Assembly (NCBI RefSeq): GCF_964204645.1
Contig: NC_134028.1
Coordinates: 25,044,345-25,108,344 of the forward strand
Length of the DNA: 64,000 nucleotides
Source: Tubulanus polymorphus
Taxonomy: Eukaryota > Animalia > Nemertea
Direction: 5' to 3'
Positions 13,106 to 30,052 of this stretch are shown here, in pieces. Positions within the stretch are counted from its first letter, which is position 1. Every line of letters starts with the position of its first letter. The position numbers were made by a program, and so were the translations under genes. Below the pieces are notes generated by a model. The model was not told where the DNA came from. It made no database searches and saw nothing but the letters and a program-made list of their open reading frames with translations.

Positions 13106-16100
13106 CGTGAATACTTGACGTCGTCTAATCTGCGATTAGTTGTTTCAAATGAGAACGGCTCGTTTGTCACGTCAATTTAGTCGCGCTGCGTTCGTTCGAA
13201 CATCTCAGCTCTCAATGGGCAGTGCACAGGTGATACTTAGACGACAGCGGAGTTACCCCTCGTCACCGGGTGGCCTTGATTAATTACTGCTAATAGATAG
13301 AGGAAGATAATATACCACCGAGAGATCGGATATTGTTTATTTAATGTAAAAAAATGACGGTGCAAAATTATTGCTTTGATTAAGTGTAAATGATTTGCCC
13401 GAATCTGTGAGTACCGCGTCTTATAAGTGGCTGAGCCACACTCGGGAATGTGGTTAACCATATCATACAATATTCAACGTGCATCCTGAAACCAGACGTC
13501 GAACGAACCTCAGCGAATCTTTCAGATTCTGCTAACTAATTCATAGTGTACTAATCAGCAAATTGTTTCCCAAAGTTAGCTTAATGATCCGTTTTGTTTC
13601 GGTTACTTTATTGTGCGCATATATCTGCATATTTTTCTCTGTAATGATATCTAAGCACAAAAAGTAGCTAATAATCATCATTAGTTATTACGTCCTGGTA
13701 AATTGTATTCATATGACTGGTTAACGATCGTTCTGCAGGGTGGACAATAATTGATAAATTTACGAGAAACGCCGCAGCTGGAACTAAGATGATTTTCATT
13801 TCGACCATCCATTCATGAATACTAGATGATAATGTTATTTTGGCGTTGGATTTGTGTTTATTTTTCTAATTTACATCATCTTTTAATGAATATTTTGTTT
13901 ATGGGATAACATTTTTTTTGCCAATGACTTTTATCTAAAAAAAAATTCCAATAGAATGTGGCATCTTCATTCTTGACATTTCGACGTGTATGGCGAAAGA
14001 TTTAAGTAATAGTTTCTCATGTAATAAATCATTTTCGCCAACGTTGTTTTGATGTCTGCAGAGCTGGATATCTAATTTATTCATGAATATCTTTCTTCTC
14101 GACGTCCCCGGTTTTTTGTCGTCCTCATAAATCATCTTGAAGATCCATTTCGAAGTTTTAAGTGTATTGGTTTTGAACGCGGATGCTATATTCAATACGT
14201 CAGATGTATGTGTAGGTTGGCCTTAAGTTTTACAACTTAATAGTTCAACTTTTTAATAACTATATGTAGCATGACTCTTTCGACAAATGTCCGTGTGTCT
14301 TATGGTGGCTGAATCGGGCCTAATCAAAAATAATTCATAATATGACATTCAATATCCATGTTAATCGCCGTATTGATATCAAACTTTCGCCCGAACGCGG
14401 CATCAAAACAAACGTTTCGTTAACACCATAAGCGCTATGGTCACCTACGAAGACCCGAGCGCTTTTATGTCGGCGGATCTAACTAGAGTGATAGCTTTTG
14501 CCTCTGCGACGTAATGTGATTTAAGCACTCCATCTGCAACCAACGTTGTAAGAGCATTACTGCCTACGTGAGTGACACTTATATCGATACCGTCACAAAA
14601 GGCAATAGTAATAGAAACGACCGTAGAACAACTGATTTTTTAAATGGTTTAGCATTCGTTAAAACCTCTATGGACACTATGCAGCAGCATTCTAAATTAA
14701 CTTATTTGGAAAAGATATATCGCTTAGATAACTGTACAAAAATACTGGGATATTTCTACAGTTATCTAAGCGATATATCTTTTCCTCATATCGGAGTTTA
14801 ACAATAATTTGCTCGTCAAAACCGATAAGAAGCTTCGGCGTCGGCAAAAGCCAAGAAAGGAGAGAATTCCGTCATCTATTTCGAGAACATATTCTATAAA
14901 GATATTTCATGAAACCTGATGTTTATTTTTTAACTAATACAATGAGTGGCATTTTTTTCGATCACATTTAGCAATTAATGAAATTGCTGAAATACATAAA
15001 CTGGATCCGGTTCCGAAGTTCGAGAGAAGACACAAAAACTTAACTATTGAACTGGGTCCTGGTGAGTAAATGTCGGCGTTAGTTACGACGAGGCCGCAGT
15101 GGGACTATCGTCATAAATACGCAACTGCCGTTCGCCATGTGCGCTTAAAAATGCAATAATAAGTAAACGTTCGCGAAGCTTCTCTTCTTCCAAAGTATAC
15201 AAAAACAAAACGTCAGTACTGTTTCTCCTCTTATGGTATATCGTCGTTCATCAAACATTATGCATCTTATCGTCGGCGGCCCATTCCCAGATACCTATAG
15301 AAATCCAGTGTTTTCCCGTAACCTGGCGAGTCGGAGTCACCTGGAAAGGAAAAAAATATCAAATTTGGTTGTTTCTGAAAACATTTATTTCTACCATTAA
15401 AGCTTCACGAATCATAATTTCAAATTAAAAAATAGCCGCAAAGCAGCGATACCGGTTTCGACCGGTGTTATCATATGAGGCGTGACGATGCATAGGTTTG
15501 GATGTGACAGATTCACAATTTTAATTTCCGTTAGGTGGCAAGCTAGTCTTGCTTGGCTGCGCAAACTTCATTCGCACACACGCTCTAGAGCTGTCTCACA
15601 GTCGTTTAAATGCCCAAACACTCGATCAAAAATCAGATGAAAATGAACAAAAAACAAAGAGAGGAGCTTTAACGTTTTACAAAAAGATATGCCCAAGCGA
15701 AATCAAATTTCTTGAAAGGAAGTGTACAAATATATCAGTCTTATCAGTTCATGGCTATGTTGAAGTAGCGCCACCTAGGGGTCAACACATGTACTTGATA
15801 TGTGAATCCATATGGCCTACTACGTACGAGATACTGATGCACCAAGTTATGTCAAAATAGCTATGGGGAAACGAAGTACCCTGGTGGCAATTGTATTAAC
15901 TAATTATGGCGGTTGGCGTATATTGCGCACCGTGTTTTCTGATATATGAGGCTAAGTTTTCATTCAGTCTAAAAACTTAATCCAAAAAAGAACATGCATA
16001 TTTTCATTCTTGTGTAAAGACGATCCTACCGTTCTGTTCTAGCATGTATCGCTTGACATTTCGTAGAAACCGATATCTATCGATCATGTCGGCCATTTCA

Positions 16101-19100
16101 TTGCGATCTGACGTCTGAAAATATAATTAAAACTGCATTAAAAAGAATCGCCCGGATCCGATCCTTTCATCGCGGACAAAAATGCGTAGAACGAGCAATT
16201 TCTCTTTTGATCGTCGCGTTTCGCGATTAGTGGATATTCAAATGGTCGTCACACGACAATGCGAAAACGAGAAAATCGAAGATTCCAGCGCGGATAGAAC
16301 CGGCGGCTATAGTTTTTCAATGGTTTATGTGGTACATTAGAGAACAGCTCGCGAACATTCTCATTTCGTTGACGATGTTGTCTGATATCGGTAGCATTCA
16401 CATTTATTCCAGTCAACGCACACCGTAATTTAAAAGGCCACCTGAGATGAACCGTTATATACGGAATTGTAATCAACGGGGTTTTATGACATCTTCCGCC
16501 CGGCTCGTGTTTTGACCTTGTGTCTGTTATTTATCCAGATATACAAAATTGCAATACCGATACGCACGCCTTTTTCTCCCAATTTACTTTTAAAGGGGTT
16601 TCGCATTTTAAGGGGATTCTCTGCCTTAATTCTTGGATCGGCTGTCGTGAAGAGACTAGATTTCTCTTTCAGTTAGATTTTTGATAATATTCATTCGCTA
16701 GATTTGTTTTCGCCAGCCGGTTTGTGCTTTTTGTGTATCTGATGTCCGTCAGCGGCAACTGCGGTCAACATACGGTTTATCATATCGAGTCGTCGGTGAT
16801 TCGTCGACGTGTATCTGTATAGCAATTATCAGCACAGTAACACTGCGATGTTCTAAGGCGAAAATCGTATTAACCTGTCTCGATTAAGAGAAAGTTAGTG
16901 CAGCATTTCATCGTGTTATCCGATCGGGTATAAGCCGGTGAATTAGCTATATTTCCGACTCGGATAACAACGCCTCGGGGACAGGCACAGTTCCGCGTGC
17001 GGTTTCACCCCCGATGAGATTCGTCGTAATGGGGGACCTCCGACGCTTCTGCGGCAAGCGAGGATCCGCCAGGTTCGCCAGTATGTAACTACGCGTTGAA
17101 TATCTTCCACATGTCAATTAAATATGAGTGATGAACTTTTCTCATAAATAGATGATTATCATTGATAATCATACCGGTATCTGAGTAAAGAAATGAATTT
17201 AAAGTACATTTGGAGAGTCATGTGATAATGTATGGATTGAGTAGCGTGAAAATTCAGTTTAATGAACTAATCTTGACAACGTGACGACTGTGTGTTCCAT
17301 CCGGCGGTTAACTTGCTGTTGCACTTCCTCATTTGAATGGGATACCGACAACGTGTGGCTTGTGAAATTCCACCTGATTCTGCCAGGTTTGCCAGTGAAC
17401 TGTCCGGCGCTATTTTCATCTCAAATAATACTCCGAATTCTACGCGGGAATTAACTCGCAAAATTAACAAGAGTTTTACCTAGATGCGCAATTTGATCTC
17501 TCCAGTCCGTGGCGACGGTTAATCCGGTGTGCGGGTACCCCCCGTTATAGCAGAATCGCTTCTTCTCATCTGCATCCTCCCTCGCCAGGGATGCCACCAG
17601 GTTCGAATACCTGGGGGAGGATGCCTCTTCTGCGAGTACATTTAAATGTGTCAGGAGATTCTAATAAGTTCGAAAATGAAAAATAGCATCTACCATTTCA
17701 GGAAATATGACTATCCCCGAAGACGCCATCGATTTGACGAGTAATTCAATTCATTAGCAATTAGTGCAGTAAGAAAACCAAACCTTTAAGTCATTTTATT
17801 AGTATTCGCTGGGTAGTTAATAAAGATGTCATATGGGAATTTAATGGTTGTAGCTGCCATCATTTCTGACCGGAACTATATAACACGCAGTCAGGACGCC
17901 GCCATCCTTACAAATACTCGCTGATCGTCAACGTTATTTCTGAGATCTTAATACGCGGAATAATCCAATCGGAACTCACAGAAATACTTGACCGTTATTT
18001 CACAAAATTCGTCATTTTTATCTCGGTCCCGACGGCGGCGTTCACACGATGATAGAAACACTGAAAAATTGTTTTTCGCAAAATTAATGCGCTTAATTAC
18101 TACCGCACTGAAAACTATCGTAAAAGGCTGGTTTTTCTATACGCACAAACACACAATATAACCTCGGTCTTAATTAAATTCTCGAATATGCGCGCTCTAT
18201 ATCGATCGATCCAGTTCTAATTGACGACAATGTGACGTTGACTGCGCCAATCCAACGAAATGGATTCTCGAGTTTCTTTCTGCGGGGACGTGAAATAAAA
18301 CACCGAGGAATGCGAGGAATATACAACAGCAACTGGTGAAGTTCCCATTAGATATCTTCACGAACACGAACCCGCGCGCCTCTTGCCAACATTGTTCAAA
18401 ACTCCCTGTGCTGGAGACGACGACAACTTGAATCGTCCTATAGGTCTTGCAGCCATGTTCTTTTCGATTTATCTACGCCGTGGTCAATCAGTGATTGACA
18501 TGACTAACTCTCGAGGCTTGTATAGATCCCCGGGACCTACAGATAACGAGTCACTCTCCGCTTTTACATACCGGGAAATGAACATCTCACTGCAGCATTC
18601 TGTTACGCATATTTTCACCGTGCTTTTCTTCGGCAAAATCTAATTCATCGAAATACAATCGAGATACAAAAAATGCAATTCAACCCGCGTGTCCAATGTA
18701 ACCCGATGAATACTCGGAAATTTCGATTTCCTTCAGGCATTTAGAACCGCGATGAGACTATACGCGAACAAGGCCTATCGTATATTCGCATTGATACACC
18801 TGAGGGTGAATTACGTATCATATTCAGCGAGCATAATCATATCACAGAATGAAACCTTTATAGCAATATCGGTACGCCGATGAATTTACCGAGGTGAGGG
18901 TTGATCCCGAGTTCATTGCGTGGAAACCTCCACGATGTCGGGGTATTATCGGTATCGACTACATCGCGTAATGATAGTTAGTCGGACTAATGCACATTTC
19001 TTGTTACAGAACCGGGGAAGGTCCCTTCTCCGATGAAATTTCAGATCTAAAAGCGACACTTGGCTTTGCTTTGCTTATGAATACAAAATAGATCGATGGA

Positions 19101-20714
19101 GTTTTAGACGGAATTCATTGTAAAGACTTGTAACTGATATCGCAGTTATTGCAGTGGTTCAGTGTGACCTTCAGGAAAAATTTTCATGTGTTTCTTAAGG
19201 TTGGTGACGAACTACATTTAACTCCTCAGTAAAACCTAACTGATAACTCTGGAAGCAAGCACTGTTTTCCCAGTCATGACTCGACATCAGGATCTTAGGT
19301 CTGTTGGGCGCGGGGTGATTATGGCGGCCCCAAAATTTTGCAGACCAAACATTGTGAAAGATTTTGTGTACAGCAAAAATACTCTTGGATTACACTTCAT
19401 TTTCAGCGTTTCCGAGGGGTGGGGGCCTACCGCAAGTCGCTTGCGGTATATGCTACGCGCGCTGTTTTTTTTAATTACAATACAAAAGTCTGAATCTGCA
19501 TCATTCTCGCACATGCGATCGATTGGCTCAATAACCGATTGGATTCAGATAAAAACCCACAAACTTGACGAGATGATAACTATGAGAACTGTTTTCCTGA
19601 AGTTTCGGAAATATTTCTTCTTCCGTCTTCAGAGATTTATTCGAAGTATTCCCAATGAATCGCCGACGAAACCATACGATACGGTTATCACGCGAGCAAT
19701 ATCGTGATTTTGAAATTGATCTAGCGGCATCTCCGCTTACCGCGATGACTAGCACTCTCTGTAATCGAGCACGCGAACCGCCGGCCTCGTTACATCACGA
19801 CGAGACCGTCATCGACGAAAACGACAATTAAGTTACTTCGTATAACAATAATTACGCGGTGTCCGCTTTATCGGCATTTTATTTCGAGCGCCCGGGCGAT
19901 TGGGAAAAATGACACATGCTTCCGTGCTAATATAATTAACTTCGTTCGCCAAAACCAATAAAGCCAATTTATCAAGACGCCTTCGCGTTATGTATATATG
20001 TATGTATATACTTATATGTTTGACGTGGTGGCGCATTAAGAACTCGGCGAGGCTATTATGGTCTTTCATCGGTTCAACTACTCTCAGTACGCAGCCGATG
20101 CGGGAGTGAGAGGGATCCCTACGTGTCGCCGCCTCGCTCCTCGCGCTGACGTCTCAGATATGTAGGGTCCGCACTTCACGAGTCTATGATAATATGTGGC
20201 CATCAATCTACGCGGTATTAATTCTCGGCGTTATATTGCATTCGATGAAAAGTGCATGCAGTAGACTTTTTCCGATTAGAAAACATATACACATACGGCA
20301 AGCAAGGCACACACATCATTACTGCCGCGAGAGACGATGAAAAATTCGCTGCTTACGTGTCGACCTAACGTATATATCTCTAGTTTATTGGACGCGATAT
20401 TGCGCGAATATAATTCCTATGAAAAAGCGGTTGTTTCGTATATTGAGACCGGTGAATTATGGCTGCTCCCGTAATACCAGCACACGTTTAACGCTCGTTA
20501 ATTAGCGTCCTACAGGCTTTCTTAGGACGACGAAAGAATATATCGAATAGCTACGCTTTATCAGTCATTTCTGGGCGATCAATCGATTGATCGTCGCGTA
20601 CAGTTCGGGTAGGGAGTTCCGTGTGCCGGTGAAACCTCGTTAAAACCACATCGGATACAACGATTTATCGGTCATTAAAAATTTCATCCTAAATACGATA
20701 ATTCTTATGATTTC

Positions 20715-21135
20715 ACTTCACTTCAATTGGTAAAACGTTTGCATCCAAGGTCACTGTCTCAAAACAAAAAACAATGCCATGAGTTCATCTACCAAAGCTG
20801 AATGAAAACACACTCTTCCTATTTCCAACTGATAAAACTGAAATCGCCTCATTTAGCAACTGCCCCAACAAGTCGAGCACTGGCGGGGATGACATAATCA
20901 ATGATAGTCTACCTAAAAATAACTTTCAAACTGAACAATATTGTTCCACTAATTTCTAACAAATCTCATCCCCTTCCTGGTGTTTTCCCAGATTCCATGG
21001 AACTTGCTAAGATTATACCAATCCACAAGCAAAATGATAAATTAGATTTCACTAACTATCGACCTTACTTCTGGTTTTATCTAAGATACTATCTAACGTA
21101 AACTATACTCAAACGACTATATTCTCTCTTTTAAA
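20715..21135 (+). mobile_element. Decayed non-LTR retrotransposon (LINE; CR1/L2-like) ORF2 fragment
   Basis: Frameshifted translation FTSIGKTFA...LFLFPTDKTEI...KSSTGGDDI...GVFPDSMELAKIIPIHKQNDKLDFTNYRP, the typical pre-RT motif FP..wK.AkviPihK......NYRP. Confidence 0.85.
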
Positions 21136-24100
21136 AGAACGATGTACGTAAAACCATTTCATCTTAATTCGAAAACCATTCGTTCAAATTAAGACTAAAG
21201 GACTGTTTAATCCCAACGGTAGTTAATTCGATGCGATTTACACGGACTGATATCCAACATAAAGGCACTTAGTAAATTGAATAGGAAATTTAGAAAATTG
21301 ATATTTTCTACTCCATTTCAGAGATATTTCTTCGTCATTCGTTGTTTACCAATTGAATATATCGGCGGACCGAATTCCCGGGCGATCAAACACACAAATT
21401 GATGATATTTTCTCGGATAATTGCGTTCATCTTCTGAATAAAACATTTTATTACGTATCCGTCTTCTAGAAACATCGAATAGACGGCGAAGATGACGGCT
21501 TTTATAGTTAAACACGACGGCCTTGCGTGGAGGACAAGATCGACTTGTTCCGGCGGAGAAAATTGTATCAAATATTTCGTTATGCGATTTGGATGATATG
21601 ATGATATGATTTATTTTCAAGTGAAATTTTTACAAAATTAATGAATAAGGAAATGCATTAAAGATGTAATAATATTAAATGAGTATACTAATTATATGAG
21701 TATAATAATTAATTTTCAATATAGCTAAAAAACAAGGCTTTTATTTTTCTTCAAAATTCGAAATCTTCGATTAAGGCTTGTATACTTTGGCGCGTAAACC
21801 TACGGTTTTCAAAAAAAACTTTTATCTCAATTTAGAAATTCACCATCAGATATTAGTTTGGGTTACTCTGTGTAATTTACTAAAAACACTCCGTAGATGG
21901 GCAGAGACTGCCCTAAACGTTAGAACCGTGCTATGCAGTTGGAAAAAATCCAAAATTACGCAGAAAAAACTACTAGAGTATTCGGACGTTTACCCTCAAA
22001 TTCTACGAGCCATTTAGAAAAACGATATTTTGGAAAATAGCTCGTAGAATTTGAAATATCTGAATCCTCTATTAACTTCGTGATTATGGGTTTTCATAAT
22101 TCTATTGAATAAGACATGCAACTGCCACTGGAATATCGAATCCCTTCCTTTTTGTATATTAGGAAAACGCTAAATAGTTATAGCATCAAATTAGTCATCA
22201 CATAAATCTGAGAGAAATTCATCCATATTTAAAGACAAGAAACAACAAAAAACATCGGAAATGAATAATTTTGAGTCTTGAGTTAAGTTTGACTCATGAC
22301 TGTAAATCCGGGAGTACTTGACTTATTCTTATCGGTTGAAATGGCTTTAAACTTGATCTCCGGAAAAAAAACAATAGTTTCGTTTTCAAATATTCATATT
22401 ACCTGTACATACGCTTTAATCCCGACAGTGGCCACCATAACTAGAAGTAATATAGCTGCCCGCATTATTGTCATCGATAGTGGTTGTTAGCGATATGGCG
22501 ATACAGAGAACGATCCTTTATCCGCCGCACGGAACTCGCAGTCGACGTGATGACGATGATGCTCTAGCGTGCGGCTGGTTGCGAACTAGTGGCTGGAATA
22601 ACAAGAAGGAAGGGGGAGATTTCTACACCGGTGTATCCGAAAGCAAACACGTCGAAAGCCCATATCATCGAATACAAGATTGACGCAAATCTTTTAAGCG
22701 ACGATATCTTGATTTTATATTTGGTCCTGTAGCAGATACACTGAAAGGCAAGTATACGAAACATTTATCTGTACAAGTAATGGAAATTTAAGCATGAAAA
22801 TATCGATATGTAACAAAGTACATTCACGGAATCAAATCTTTATGAAACCATAAATATGTAATGGGGAGCTGTAACACAAGTTATCCCGCCAGATGGCGTG
22901 GCGAGCACTCGGTCTTGCGTTGTCAAAATTAGTTCATTTTCGATCAACTTTGAACTGTATTTTTAGGCTCGTGAATCCATACATTATCACAGGACCCACC
23001 TAAATCTACATGTAATTTACTATCCTACTCAGTGATTGGTATAGTCTTCATAAATAAATGCATTATTCAAAAGAAAAGTCCATGCAACTGAAATGTTGAA
23101 GAAATTGAACGCAGAAGACCGATTAACTACTAGCGACACCTGGATTATCCTTCCTTTGCCATACGTGGAATTAGCGTTGGTAGCTATCCATGATATCATC
23201 GTAGACAAGATTTATTTCGGTAATTTGGCTGTCTTGGGATAAGCTACGATCCGAAAACATATCTTCTTCGGATCACTATAGCCAATGTATTCAGGTTGTT
23301 GTCGCTTGGGTTGTCTTACGGTCGCTTTTACTTTCGATGAACAACGTATTCATCGATCTCTCATCTGCTCGGCGGGAACACCCTCTCGCCTAACGATGAC
23401 CTGCAGCCGCGGCGAATAGGCCTCTCGAGAATAAACGAAAATGAATATTCATAAATCAGCGCGCTAACGATTCAGAATGAATAAAACATCACCGAGATCA
23501 GTTTGCGCCTAATTTTGTTCGCCCGTTTGAAGCGGGCACAAAGGCGATATCTGCATTCAACCCTTTAATCGACGTGTATGGTTTTTCTATGCATGGATTA
23601 TACCGCAATAATCTATCAATTTACGGCGCAAAGATTGAGCTTTTTTCCGCTCTCTCGCTCAGACTCCTCTTTTTACCCCCTAGCAACGACGTTACCCGAC
23701 GCTCGTCATAATAGAACCGTGTAACAACGCGACTGACTGCGCGCTATATTTCAATTACTCATACGCGGAATCGACGCCGCGATAAATTCATCATCATCCG
23801 TCTGCGTATATTAGATCAATATCCGTCCGCTAGGCGTCGTCGGTATAATGCGTATATAATGATAGGAGTAATGTTAGTTGTGCCGGAAGCATCTTCGAAA
23901 TCTGATCGGCTGTTTGGGCTGTTCGAGGAATGTCGAGAGTGCGGAATCGTATCGCCGCGCTAAGCTTGTAAATCGCAGTGTACCGAACACCTGACTGATA
24001 GGTAACTATGAATTATCGTGTTGTGTGTTGTGTTGTGCCTGTTGAGAATATATATCTCGTTAAGTAGTTACTTCGTCGGTGTTCAATTTCACAACAATTT

Positions 24101-24822
24101 TACGGGAATCCTTACCGGCCAGTGCGGGCTCGTATCGAGGTAGGTTGTTTGCTTCGTTGGTCTTTTACAGACAAGTGACGAGTTAATGAATAAAACCCAC
24201 AATTGAAGAAATTGCACGGATTTCGACTCAAATCCCGTATGAGCCATTTTCATAAACGTCAAGATCCGTACAGTTTTTGTTCGTCAAAAGGTTTTACGGT
24301 TTACAAATTAACTGTATATCAGCAATAATAATGTATATCAGCATTTCAAGATTATTTTACATTGTTTGTCTTTTTCATTGATTGTTTATATAAACATAGA
24401 ATGATGTCTGGTAGATTGTTACTGGGATAAAACTAAAATCGTTGCTGGAGTAAATTCAGATTTTTCGACCGAGCTACAGATCGATAGATTTGGCTTTTCC
24501 AATATTTAGATAACGTCCTGTGAACGCGCCTTGAACACCAATAAACTCGATTTACACAGTGAAGATGCCGCTGTTCGAACAGTATCGATTAAATTAGAAT
24601 AATATCTAACATCGACGTCATAAAACGAGAAAAGCATGATTCATTGTTGAATACATTTTTCTATGATTTCTGCTTTTATGTCTTTATTTTAAACTATGTC
24701 CATAAGAATAACGATAGAAAAATTGGCACTTTTTTGTCATTTTTCTGAATGTTCATGATCCCGAGGATATAGTCAAATACCAAGCTATATGATGAAGCGC
24801 ATGCAGGTATGATAAGCTCCCT

Positions 24823-24881
24823 GGGGCCAGTTTTGTAGACCACGGATTTAAGTTTATACCACACTCTACAAAACCGGTCCC
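24823..24881. mobile_element. Very short MITE-like inverted-repeat element
   Basis: GGGGCCAGTTTTGTAGA...TCTACAAAACCGGTCCC; similar GGGCCA(A/G)-type termini at 40359-40593 and ~63135-63210. Confidence 0.55.
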
Positions 24882-26394
24882 TGTACTAATAAAGCCACAA
24901 AAAGTCGACCTTTCTCGGTTAAGTCAGTCCTACCAACTCCCCATTGCGTTGGGCCTTTATCTATTTCATCGAGGTTACATAAGATTTTCATAAATAATCA
25001 CACGACTTTTTGCCGGTAGCGAGTAGGTGGAGTCAAGCGATGTCAAGGTGGTTTGGTTCAGACGTGCGTGTGATATCAGTCGGGCGTGTACTGATGCCTC
25101 CAGCAAATAGTATGTGGCTACAAAACTGAAAATAAATATGAATTGTTTTCTCAGGAGATCAATTTCAACGAGACGCAGGTTGGTCTTTTTATGAACACAC
25201 GGGGAACATTATACATTACTAACTGCTGGGTATGTTTTGTAGTCATGCAGTTTTTAGCATTCCCGACGTTAGTTTTGAAATTGCTGGCCCCACAACGGAT
25301 AAAATTGATTGCGTTGAATGTTTTTCTTGTTTTCATTGCTATGAGAAAATATATCATTCGCCATCCAATTCATTTGAAAGCTCCTCAATTAAAAATGATT
25401 ACTATAACTGTAAGATTGATGACAGTTATTAGTTTTATTGTCTCTCTTCATTGGAAAGTGTATCTACATTGACTTAGAAATGAAAATTCAAAATAGACGA
25501 AATCACATATTGGCGCCGAATTAACATTTATTCAAAATTATCAACATCGAAAGTTGAGGTTGAAGATTGGTTTATTTGAAAACACGAATAAACCAATATA
25601 AGCAAAACGCATATTGCACGTATTTCTAATGGAAAGATGTTATGATATATGATTTCCGATGTATGAACATGAACAATGGACACCGATCACAAAGGCTTAA
25701 AAACGACAGGGAAACGATAACTTGTAGACGAGTTCAGTATCACGATAAATGTTGTTAGATCTTACTCGAAACACAACGTGAAATAAACAGCGTTTTCGGC
25801 AAAATTTCTAGACGCTTTGCAACCAATGAACCTAGTGACCTGCATGTTGGCTATAATTACGTATAGATAAGAAGGCTAGAATAAAGTGATACCTTGTTTC
25901 TCGTTATCGGCCAGGTCCTTTTGTAAACTGCAATAAAATTATTACTTTTCACTGTCGGCACTGTTATTGTTGATCTTAAAATAGGGATTGTCCCTGTAAT
26001 TTATTTGGTTGGTAAAATTCGTTCGATCTTTTGATTGGGCCAACACACCTGCCGGGAGCGAAACAGGGGGTTTGATTTTGAAATCGGAAATATAGTGTTA
26101 GCTTGATCATGATTTTGAAAAAAGTACAGGGAAGATATAGGCGACCGGTCGGCATAAAGGTATCAATTTTAGCCTTCACCATAAACTCAAAGCCAAACAA
26201 TCATGTAAAGGGTTTTTTCGCGGATGCGTCTGAGGGACATGATCATAGAATATTCAGTTCAAAACGATTTCTCTGCGACTTTTTACTTTTTCCAGGATTA
26301 AGAAAACCCGGTTTAATTCTTACAAAGCACCAAAAAGAATTTTATGTATTACATTTATCTTATCATCATTGTAGTTTTTGACGTTGAAAACACC

Positions 26395-29367
<2,973 letters not shown>

Positions 29368-30052
29368 CGGCGAGAGAATTTTAGCCAATATATTCGAAAA
29401 TTAGACTAAAATACAATATATACCTTGTTTCGCCGGGTTGATTATGACAACTTACTGAACAAAAATGAGAAACAAGGTGCCATAGGCCTATTTTCACCAG
29501 TCTCAATGTATTTTCATCATGAATGTAAGCAACCTTGACAGGAATGCTCATTTAGAAAAGGTTGAATGGCGATTCGTAAATTGCGTGATTGTTAAGTTTA
29601 ATTGTGTTCTAGCAGTGATGTTAATTGTTAGGGTGAATTATTGTGGATCGTTTGGGTGAATTATTGTGGATCATTTTCATGCGTTTTTATCTAAGTATGA
29701 ACAAATAATAAACAGATGTGCTTTAAACGTGATAGATGTTACAGATCAAAATGTATGCACGACTTCAGATATGGAAAACAATTAAAAGCAATTATTCTTA
29801 AGAAAATCGTTTACGCGGTATTTGCTGATTGGAGCCGAAAAAAATAGTCGATGTTGGTAGGACCAGTGAATGACCAGTCAATGTTGGTAGGAATCCTCGA
29901 TGACGTAATAAATCAGCCATAAGAATCCTCGATAGCAAAAAAGGGAAAAAGAAAAGAACCATTGAAACGATTAAATCTTATGTATGAAAAGTTTTAATTA
30001 GAACGTAGTAATTGATATTACAACTAATTATAAATGAATTGAACGTCGCCGT

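Noticed and set aside
19276-19707. 143 aa ORF
   Set aside because: No domain motif, composition typical of random AT-rich sequence, no supporting exon chain.
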